Source: an uncultured Sphingomonadaceae bacterium
GTDB taxonomy: Bacteria; Pseudomonadota; Alphaproteobacteria; Sphingomonadales; Sphingomonadaceae
DNA: 64,000 bases
Reading direction: 5' to 3'
Assembly (NCBI GenBank): GCA_947495985.1
Contig: CANMBD010000002.1
Span: 544,975 to 608,974, forward strand
The position numbers and the translations under genes were made by a program. The notes under the pieces are model-generated. The model saw only the letters and a list, made by a program, of their open reading frames with translations. It was not told where the DNA came from and did not search any database. Shown in pieces: positions 57,210 to 64,000 of this stretch (its first letter is position 1; every line of letters starts with the position of its first letter).

Positions 57210-58019
57210 GTGACTGTAATGATTTCAACCTCTTCTGCCTCCGGTCCGGCGATCAGCCTGAAAAAAGTCAGGCGCAGTTATGGTACGGTTACGGCCGTGG
57301 ACGATCTTTCACTGGAGATCGCGGCGGGCAGTTTTGTTGCGCTGGTTGGACTGTCCGGATCCGGCAAATCCACTCTGTTGAAAATGATCAACCGGCTGGT
57401 CGACCCCACCGCGGGCGAGGTTTTGATCGCGGATGACAATGTGAAGGCAATTGACCCCCATATTTTGCGCCGCCGGATTGGTTATGTTTTCCAGAATATT
57501 GGTCTTTTCCCGCATATGACGATTTCGCGCAATATCGCGATTGGGCTCGAGCTGGCAGGTGAGAAGGATGGAAGAGCAGAACGTGTCGCCGAATTGCTTG
57601 AATTAGTCGAACTCCCTCAGGAAATGGCCGGCCGGATGCCGCATCAATTGAGTGGCGGACAACAGCAAAGGGTCGGTGTCGCCCGGGCGCTGGCAACGCG
57701 GCCGGGCTTGATGTTGATGGATGAACCCTTTGGTGCGCTTGATCCGGTGACCCGTGACAGCCTGGCCGGTCAATATAAGGCGCTGCATGAGAAGCTGGGC
57801 CTGACAACCATTATCGTCACCCATGATATGGCCGAGGCGCTTTATCTTGCCGACCGGATATTGGTGATGGAGGCGGGTCAGATCAAGGCAGATGCGACGC
57901 CAGCGGAATTATTGTCCGGCAGTGTCGGCGATGAAGCCGAAGCCCTGGTTGCCATTCCGCGCGCGCAGGCGGCGCATCTCATCGCGCTTGGCAACGCAGA
58001 CGGAGCGAAAAAGACATGA
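57210..58019 (+). CDS. ABC transporter ATP-binding protein (osmoprotectant/quaternary-amine uptake type)
   Basis: It has Walker A (GLSGSGKST), the signature LSGGQQQR and Walker B (LMLMDEPFGALD). It overlaps the permease gene by 4 nt. Confidence 0.85.
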   Translation: MTVMISTSSASGPAISLKKVRRSYGTVTAVDDLSLEIAAGSFVALVGLSGSGKSTLLKMINRLVDPTAGEVLIADDNVKAIDPHILRRRIGYVFQNIGLFPHMTISRNIAIGLELAGEKDGRAERVAELLELVELPQEMAGRMPHQLSGGQQQRVGVARALATRPGLMLMDEPFGALDPVTRDSLAGQYKALHEKLGLTTIIVTHDMAEALYLADRILVMEAGQIKADATPAELLSGSVGDEAEALVAIPRAQAAHLIALGNADGAKKT

Positions 58020-59563
58020 CGGAGGCATGGCAACAGGCCTTTGCGCGTGTACCCGAATTGCTGGCGGCCCACGTGCAGCTTAGTTTTTCGGCGTTGCTTC
58101 TCGCCATGACTTTGTGTTTGCCTCTGGCCATTTGGGCGGCGCGGGCGCCAAAAGTGGCGGGTGTCATTCTGGGTTTTGCCAGTTTGGTCCAGACGATTCC
58201 GGCGCTGGCCTTGCTGGCGTTATTCTACCCAATTCTGCTGGGGTTGTCGGCTTTACTCGGCGGCGAGATATCCGCGCTTGGTTTTTTGCCAGCCTTGCTC
58301 GCACTTACGCTTTACGCGCTGCTACCAATATTGCGCAACGCGGTCACCGGGTTGACCGGTGTGGCCCCGGCCGCAAAACAGGCGGCGGACGGGCTCGGTA
58401 TGACGGCGGTACAAAAGCTGCGTCTGGTGGAAGCACCACTCGCGGCACCGACGATCATGGCCGGTATCCGCACTGCCGCGGTCTGGACTATTGGAGCTGC
58501 GACATTGTCCACAACCGTGGGGCAGGCCAGTCTCGGTGATCTGATCTTTGCCGGACTGCAGACACAAAACTGGACATTGGTGCTTACCGGTTGTTTCGCC
58601 TCTGCAGGATTGGCGGTTATTGTCGATACGCTGCTTGGTCTGATCGAGCGTGGTATCCGGGATCGTCGGAAGCTGATGGCGTGGGGTAGCGCGGCTGTCA
58701 TCGGCATCGGTCTGGCCATCGCATTGCTACCAATGCTGGTTGTGCGTGATGATGTCGTGGTTATCGGCGCGAAAGGTTTTTCCGAACAATTCATATTGGC
58801 GCGGCTGATCGGTTCGCGGCTGGAGGACGCGGGTTATGAGGTCCGCTATCAGGACGGTCTCGGTTCGGCTGTTGTGTTTCAGGCGGTGGCGTCTGGAGAT
58901 ATCGATATTTATGTCGACTATTCCGGTACGATCTGGACTAACCAGATGAAGCGGACAGATACGGTGCCTGCCGACGATATGGTGAGCGAAATTGCGAAAT
59001 GGAGTGCGTCTGAGCATGGTGTGACCATGCTGGGTGCTCTGGGGTTTGAAAATACATACGCCTTTGCGGTACGTCCTGAAGATGCGGCAAGCAGACGGCT
59101 AAAGACACTTGATGACCTTGCCCGGGTTTCTTCTGATTTTGCATTTGGCACGGATCTCGAATTTCTCGAACGACCGGAATGGGAGATGGTCAAAGCCGCC
59201 TATCCGATCCGGTTTAAAGAATCGCGCTCGTTTAATGCGACCTTCATGTATCCCGCTTTATCGAGCGGGGAAGTGGATGTGATTTCGGCCTTTTCCTCAG
59301 ACGGACGTATAGCGGCCAACGGCTTTGTCGTGCTTGAAGACAGGAAAGGCGCAGTGCCTTCCTATGAGGCAATGATACTGGTTTCTGACGACCGCAGCGG
59401 TGATGCAAAACTCATCAATGCGATCAAGCCGCTGGTTGGTGCAATCACTGTGGAAAATATGCGAGAGGCCAATTATAAGGTCGACCGTGAAGCCGACAAG
59501 CGGTCACCCCGACAGGCGGCGCGCTGGCTGGATGAGCAGATCAGGAACGGGAAAGATCAATAA
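58016..59563 (+). CDS. fused ABC permease / periplasmic substrate-binding protein (OpuC/OpuB-like)
   Basis: ORF of 515 aa. The N-terminal half is a polytopic permease with an EAA-like loop. The C-terminal half resembles glycine betaine/choline-type binding proteins (IDIYVDYSGT). Confidence 0.78.
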   Translation: MTEAWQQAFARVPELLAAHVQLSFSALLLAMTLCLPLAIWAARAPKVAGVILGFASLVQTIPALALLALFYPILLGLSALLGGEISALGFLPALLALTLYALLPILRNAVTGLTGVAPAAKQAADGLGMTAVQKLRLVEAPLAAPTIMAGIRTAAVWTIGAATLSTTVGQASLGDLIFAGLQTQNWTLVLTGCFASAGLAVIVDTLLGLIERGIRDRRKLMAWGSAAVIGIGLAIALLPMLVVRDDVVVIGAKGFSEQFILARLIGSRLEDAGYEVRYQDGLGSAVVFQAVASGDIDIYVDYSGTIWTNQMKRTDTVPADDMVSEIAKWSASEHGVTMLGALGFENTYAFAVRPEDAASRRLKTLDDLARVSSDFAFGTDLEFLERPEWEMVKAAYPIRFKESRSFNATFMYPALSSGEVDVISAFSSDGRIAANGFVVLEDRKGAVPSYEAMILVSDDRSGDAKLINAIKPLVGAITVENMREANYKVDREADKRSPRQAARWLDEQIRNGKDQ

Positions 59564-60091
59564 GTGACAAGACAGTTTTTTGTGATGTTCCGGCTGCGTC
59601 TTCTGGCCGTTCTGGTGCCGCTATTTTTGGCTGCCATGCCTGCACAGGCACAAGTGGCGGTGACCTTTTACTCCCATGATTTCGGCAAAAATTTTCCGCA
59701 CGCCTTTTTTGTGATGAAGGGTAAGCTGGAGAGCGGTGAGACTGTGGATACCAGCTTTGGTTTCACCGCTGTCAATATCTCGCCCGGAATTTTATGGGGT
59801 TCGGTAAAGGGCAAGGTAGAGACGCCAAAGCCCAAATATATAACCAACAGCAATCCCCATTTCACGGTCACCGTGCCTGATAGCAAATATCGTGAATTGA
59901 TGGCGCTGGTCGAGAAGTGGCGCAACAAGCCTCAGAAAAGCTATAGCCTCAACAAGCGCAATTGCGTCCATTTCGCAAGCGAGGCGATTGCGATACTGGG
60001 TTATCAATTCAATGCGAAAACCAAATTCTGGAAAAAACCGCGATCCTTCATGGAAGAAGTGATGGCGCTGAATCCCATGTTGAAAAAATAG
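59564..60091 (+). CDS. hypothetical secreted protein with an LRAT/PPPDE-like His...NCxHF signature
   Basis: It has a signal peptide (AMPAQA|QV). Histidines occur in SHDFGKNFPHAFFV, and a C-terminal YSLNKRNCVHFASEA is present. The GTG start immediately follows the stop codon of the transporter gene. Confidence 0.5.
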   Translation: MTRQFFVMFRLRLLAVLVPLFLAAMPAQAQVAVTFYSHDFGKNFPHAFFVMKGKLESGETVDTSFGFTAVNISPGILWGSVKGKVETPKPKYITNSNPHFTVTVPDSKYRELMALVEKWRNKPQKSYSLNKRNCVHFASEAIAILGYQFNAKTKFWKKPRSFMEEVMALNPMLKK

Positions 60092-60110
60092 CTTCCGTCC
60101 GTAAGAAAGC

Positions 60111-60728
60111 TTACATCACCATTGTGTTATAGTGATGCCATATGAAAATTGCGACCGAGCCGCGATGCGGCGACCAGGGCAGCGCAATCTCTCGTAAGTC
60201 CTGTTCCGATGGCCGTGTATCATGGCCCAATATATCACCCACTCCAGCTTGGATCGCCAGATCACCGGCTGGCCAGACATCGGGGCGGCCCAACGCAAAC
60301 AGCAGATAGATTTCTGCTGACCAGCGACCAATGCCCTTGACCTGGGTGAGCCGCGCAATGGCCTCCTCATCGTCATCCGGCAAGTTGTTGAGGTCCAATC
60401 CGCCGGACAAAATCAACTCCGCCAAACTGCGTGCATAGCCCTGTTTCTGACGCGAAAGGCCGCATGCGCGCAATTCATCAAAGTCGGTTGCGATCAGCGC
60501 TTCCGCCGGGCAGCCTGCGCCCAGTTTTGCTTCCAGCTTGTTCCACACCGAGGCTGCCGAAGCCACACTGACCTGCTGGCCAACAATGGTCCTGAGCAGC
60601 GTCTGATAACCTTCCGGGTTGATGCGTGGTTCTGGATAACCGGCCGCCTTGATGGCTTTACCCAGGACCGGCTCAACTTTGCTGACCGCATCAAGACTGG
60701 TCTTTATCGTCTTTTTTGATAGGCCCAT
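60111..60728 (-). CDS. DNA-3-methyladenine glycosylase II family protein (HhH-GPD)
   Basis: The HhH-GPD pattern is LTQVKGIGRWSAEIYLLFALGRPDVWPAGDLAI. Confidence 0.8.
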   Translation of the reverse strand: MGLSKKTIKTSLDAVSKVEPVLGKAIKAAGYPEPRINPEGYQTLLRTIVGQQVSVASAASVWNKLEAKLGAGCPAEALIATDFDELRACGLSRQKQGYARSLAELILSGGLDLNNLPDDDEEAIARLTQVKGIGRWSAEIYLLFALGRPDVWPAGDLAIQAGVGDILGHDTRPSEQDLREIALPWSPHRGSVAIFIWHHYNTMVM

Positions 60729-60831
60729 AGCGGCTCTGCCTCAGCTTACAGGCCGTTTGGCCTCTTGATTCTTTTTGATCGAGCGGACATAGCGTGCCGG
60801 ATTTTGAATGAAAACAGCTTAAGGGGTTTAT

Positions 60832-61149
60832 ATGCCAACCATCCACGTCACCGGTCGTACCGGAGAAGAAAAGGCCGTTACCGTCGATAGCGGTATGAAC
60901 GTCATGGAAGCGATCCGCGACAACGGCTTTGACGAATTGCTGGCGCTGTGCGGCGGCTGCTGTTCCTGCGCGACCTGCCATGTGCATGTCGATGCGGACT
61001 GGAAAGACAAGCTGCCTGCGATGAGTGAAGACGAAGATGATCTATTGGAAAGCAGTGATCACCGGGATGAATATTCCCGCCTGAGCTGCCAGATCGAACT
61101 GAATGACGATCTTGACGGTCTGAAAGTGAAAATCGCCGAAGAAGACTGA
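60832..61149 (+). CDS. 2Fe-2S ferredoxin (adrenodoxin/putidaredoxin type)
   Basis: The Cys ligand pattern is [12 protein letters not shown] ... SCQI. The length is 105 aa. Confidence 0.88.
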   Translation: MPTIHVTGRTGEEKAVTVDSGMNVMEAIRDNGFDELLALCGGCCSCATCHVHVDADWKDKLPAMSEDEDDLLESSDHRDEYSRLSCQIELNDDLDGLKVKIAEED

Positions 61150-61166
61150 GCTGGGCGAAATCCATG

Positions 61167-61197
61167 CAAAAAGGGGAGCCGCTGAGCTCCCCTTTTT
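61167..61197. terminator. bidirectional rho-independent terminator
   Basis: A5-GGGGAGC-loop-GCTCCCC-T6, between convergent genes. Confidence 0.85.
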
Positions 61198-61215
61198 TGT
61201 ACAAGCAGAGATTAG

Positions 61216-62142
61216 TCAGAATCTGATCAGCGCGCGCGGCCCGTCTTCAGATTGGGCATTCTTGCCGATGTTCCAGCTCATCATCTTGCGGTCACCGTTT
61301 TCGGTAAAGCCATCAACACTGTTATTGTTGACGACCGTTCCATTGGTTTCGACGGTCAAAACGCCATCAATTTCAGAAATTTTCGGCGCTTTGCCGCCGC
61401 TTTCTTTCATCATCACGTTGAACAGGCTGCCTTGCCCAGCAATGCCGGGGGTCAGCATTTCGATTGCACCATCGCTACGCCGGATGAGTTGGAAGAAAGG
61501 ATATTGCATCTGTGCATCAGGTAGGACCGGGAAGCTGAAATAATTGCCGATAGGGCCGGTTTCACTATATTCGACATCGAAGATATTGCCGCCGGCATGC
61601 TCGACCTTTTTCCAGCCCTGATACTTGCTCAGTTTCTTGGCAAAGGCGGCCATGCTGTCGTCATCACCCGGGATGGGCCCGCCGAAAAAGGCCCCTGCCA
61701 TCGCGGTTTCTTCTTCATAACGCTTTAGCTTGCGGGCTTGCGCTCGATCATACTGATCTTTTCGTTCGGTGATTTCTTCCTCGTTGCAGTCACGATCAAC
61801 GACGTCATATGCAAGTTCGCTGGTATCAATCGAAGGGTCGGCATCTTTTCCATACCGATCATAGTCATCCCCATAAACAGGGCGCTCGGCATTCACCTCA
61901 CCATTGCTCTTATAAACGAGATCGCGGCATTTCAACTTGGCTGGGTCAAAGGGTTCGTTGCTGGGTTTCTTCAATTTTCCATCATCGGGCATGGTCATTT
62001 GAATTTGGCCAGTATAGCCAAACTCATAGCGATCGCCGTCAAGGATTTTCAGATTCGCGTTGAATTTTCCGGGCAACAAGAAGCAGCCCGATAGCAGCAG
62101 CGGTGCGGATAGGGCGGCTACAAATTTGAACATCTGTTTCAT
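61216..62142 (-). CDS. hypothetical lipoprotein
   Basis: ORF of 308 aa with the lipobox LLLSGC and a central acidic/charged segment. No family was recognised. Confidence 0.5.
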   Translation of the reverse strand: MKQMFKFVAALSAPLLLSGCFLLPGKFNANLKILDGDRYEFGYTGQIQMTMPDDGKLKKPSNEPFDPAKLKCRDLVYKSNGEVNAERPVYGDDYDRYGKDADPSIDTSELAYDVVDRDCNEEEITERKDQYDRAQARKLKRYEEETAMAGAFFGGPIPGDDDSMAAFAKKLSKYQGWKKVEHAGGNIFDVEYSETGPIGNYFSFPVLPDAQMQYPFFQLIRRSDGAIEMLTPGIAGQGSLFNVMMKESGGKAPKISEIDGVLTVETNGTVVNNNSVDGFTENGDRKMMSWNIGKNAQSEDGPRALIRF

Positions 62143-62895
62143 TTAACTCTCCCGGTCTCGTGTATATTCTGCGTAAAGGGCGATAGCTGCAGCGTTGGAT
62201 ACGTTCAGACTTTCCATCTGCGGGGCCATCGGGAGGCGCGCTAGGGCATCGCAATGGGCGGCTACATTTTGACGTAGGCCTTCGCCCTCAGCGCCCATAA
62301 CCAAGGCCAGCTTGCTTTGCCCCATGACGCTGCCCAGTGTTTCTGCGGCTTCTCCAGCCATCCCAATGCGCCAATACCCGGCCTCGGCAATTTCATCCAG
62401 CGCGCGCGCCAGGTTGACCACGCGTATCCAGGGGACAATTTCCAGGGCGCCGGAAGCCGATTTCGCCAGTGTCCCGGATTCAGGCGGTGCATGACGGTCC
62501 TGAGTGACAATAGCGGCGGCATCAAAGGCCGCGGCTGACCGCAAGATTGCACCGACATTATGAGGATCGGTTACCTGGTCCAGTACCAATATCGGCCGGC
62601 CTTTGTCAGACGCCTTGTCGAGCATGTCGCCCAACCAGATTTCAGGCAGGGGATCTACATCAAGCACCATTCCCTGATGCGGTGCATCACGCGGAATGAC
62701 TCGGCCAAGATCGGCGACGTCGCTATAAACCACGGCCAGATCCTGCGGAAGATCAAGTGTTGCAAGGGCTTCCCTGGTTCCCGATATTTTCTTGGTGAAG
62801 CGATGCGGGTTGGCGAGTGCGGCCTCCACCGCATGCCTTCCCCAGAATTTCAAGCCACCGCCGGTTTTCTTCACAGATCTGTTTTTACGTGCCAT
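62143..62895 (-). CDS. TrmH/SpoU family RNA 2-prime-O-methyltransferase (RlmB-like)
   Basis: SpoU motifs are LDQVTDPHNVGAILRSA, ALVMGAEGEGL and LNVSNAAAIALY. The start is set at MARKNRS. Confidence 0.8.
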   Translation of the reverse strand: MARKNRSVKKTGGGLKFWGRHAVEAALANPHRFTKKISGTREALATLDLPQDLAVVYSDVADLGRVIPRDAPHQGMVLDVDPLPEIWLGDMLDKASDKGRPILVLDQVTDPHNVGAILRSAAAFDAAAIVTQDRHAPPESGTLAKSASGALEIVPWIRVVNLARALDEIAEAGYWRIGMAGEAAETLGSVMGQSKLALVMGAEGEGLRQNVAAHCDALARLPMAPQMESLNVSNAAAIALYAEYTRDRES

Positions 62896-63043
62896 ATCGT
62901 TCCTTAACGGCTCGACTACGATGGCACATCCTTTTTTTTGCATGGTAAATATGTGATTTTGGATGGGCAGGCATTGACACCGGGCTATGCTTTCGTCATT
63001 GAGCCGCATCTTGCCGAAAAACGGTCAAGACAGGCAACCAAAT

Positions 63044-63129
63044 GGACAGGTGGCCGAGTGGTTAAAGGCAGCAGACTGTAAATCTGCCCGCGCAAGCGTA
63101 CATAGGTTCGAATCCTATCCTGTCCACCA
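63044..63129 (+). tRNA. tRNA-Tyr (anticodon GTA)
   Basis: The acceptor stem pairs GGACAGG with CCTGTCC. The anticodon loop is CTGTAAA, and there is a long variable arm, a GGTTCGAATCC T-arm and an encoded CCA. Confidence 0.92.
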
Positions 63130-63159
63130 ACCTTCGCTCGCTGCGCGAGCTTCGGTTGG
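63127..63159 (+). terminator. stem-loop immediately after tRNA-Tyr (possible terminator or processing signal)
   Basis: CCAACC-TTC-GCTCGC-TGC-GCGAGC-TTC-GGTTGG. Only a weak T4 run lies 9 nt downstream. Confidence 0.35.
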
Positions 63160-63475
63160 CAGGCCAATTTTCACAAAATCTCTACGTTATATATGGCCGG
63201 TAGCGAGCTAAGGTTGCCCGCCATAGCCTAAGCGAAGGAGGGCCTGACGAAGCGACAACGCCTTTCCAGAAACGGTGATATGTCTGGCGACCGATCCGGG
63301 GACCGGAGTCGGCAGACCCTTTGCCCGCTTCTACAGTAATACACCCCACCAGCTCGAATAAAGCGCACTTCAAAACGGGTCCGGCTACAGGCAGTCCAAC
63401 TCGCTTATCGTGCGTGACAAGTGTTGTTGCCTGTGGAAAGGGTGCTCAGACTAAAATCGAGAATCGGGAGTGGAT

Positions 63476-64000
63476 ATGAAGAACCTGTTTGACGTGAGCG
63501 GAAAAGTTGCTGTTGTCTCTGGTGGATCAAGCGGTATCGGCGCCATGATGGCGCGCGGTTTGGTAGAGAACGGTGCCAAAGTCTATATCACTGCCCGCAA
63601 GGAAGAGCGGTTGATGGCCATGGCGGAAGAGCTTTCCAAGCTGGGTGAATGTATCGCCATTCCTGCCGATCTGTCGAATGTAGAAGGCATAGAGGCCTTT
63701 GTTGCGGCGATAAGCGAGCGGGAAAGCAAGGTCGATATCCTGATCAACAATGCCGGTGCCAATTGGGCTGCGCCAATTGAGGATTTCCCCGAAAAGGGAT
63801 GGGACAAGGTCATGGATATCAATATCAAGGCGATATTCTTTGCGACCCAGAAATTCCTGCCGCTGCTCAAAGCATCCGGCAATGCAGATGATCCGGCAAG
63901 GGTCATAAATATTGCGTCGATCAACGGCATTCGAAATTCCGGCATGCCGACCTATGCTTATTCCGCCAGTAAATCAGGGGTTATCCATTTGACCGAGCAT
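63476..64000 (+). CDS. SDR family oxidoreductase, N-terminal part (runs off window end)
   Basis: My own translation from the ATG at 63476 gives MKNLFDVSGKVAVVSGGSSGIGAMMA...ILINNAGANW...YAYSASKSGVIHLTEH. This ORF is absent from the ORF track because no stop codon lies within the window. Confidence 0.8.
   Translation, partial: MKNLFDVSGKVAVVSGGSSGIGAMMARGLVENGAKVYITARKEERLMAMAEELSKLGECIAIPADLSNVEGIEAFVAAISERESKVDILINNAGANWAAPIEDFPEKGWDKVMDINIKAIFFATQKFLPLLKASGNADDPARVINIASINGIRNSGMPTYAYSASKSGVIHLTEH

Noticed and set aside
62985-63211. ORF-track entries overlapping tRNA-Tyr on both strands, and similarly 44364-44561 overlapping tRNA-Ser.
   Set aside because: They coincide with well-formed tRNA genes and have no coding features.
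63230-63300. Possible tmRNA tag-coding piece, because of a GACAACGCC... (D-N-A...) reading frame downstream of a tRNA.
   Set aside because: The frame does not end in the hydrophobic ...AA-stop tag typical of SsrA. There is no tRNA-Ala-like acceptor or T-arm nearby.

Overview
The window looks like a chromosomal core region of an alphaproteobacterium, probably Sphingomonadales. That placement is an inference from gene content and order, namely ribF-ileS, purEK, tamAB, lptCAB-rpoN, divK, glnBA, ccmAB and a tandem cold-shock-domain protein. It is densely packed with about 70 protein genes, and most are recognisable housekeeping or metabolic genes. It also holds two tRNAs, tRNA-Ser(GGA) and tRNA-Tyr(GTA), and several clear rho-independent terminators. 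I saw no rRNA, CRISPR array, IS element, transposase, integrase, prophage or recognisable defence-system genes. The best candidate for an undescribed system is a translationally coupled operon at 7141-10868 whose products are all extracytoplasmic. It encodes a DUF3604 PHP-like lipoprotein, a membrane-anchored parvulin-type PPIase and an extended HupE/UreJ-type metal permease. It faces a TonB-dependent receptor across an unusually long 520-nt A+T-rich control region, and no hydrogenase or urease genes are nearby. Secondary observations, in window order:
- A perfect 22-bp palindrome covers the RBS of an acyl-CoA dehydrogenase gene.
- CtrA-type motifs occur only in intergenic regions as far as I could see: one perfect TTAA-N7-TTAAC box and three exact TTAACCAT 8-mers, each 36-47 nt upstream of a plus-strand start codon. 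A divK homologue lies in the same window.
- Two divergent periplasmic cyclophilin-like paralogues sit in tandem.
- A thiolase-fold protein that seems to lack the canonical Cys/His/Cys residues sits beside a family III CoA-transferase and a DUF1330 gene.
- A signal-peptide protein with an LRAT/PPPDE-like His...NCxHF signature is coupled to an osmoprotectant-type ABC transporter.
- A tandem-CSD protein carries an Arg/Gly-rich N-terminal tail.
- A 345-nt structured non-coding stretch lies downstream of tRNA-Tyr.

All functional calls rest on motif recognition by eye in the supplied translations. No database search was run.
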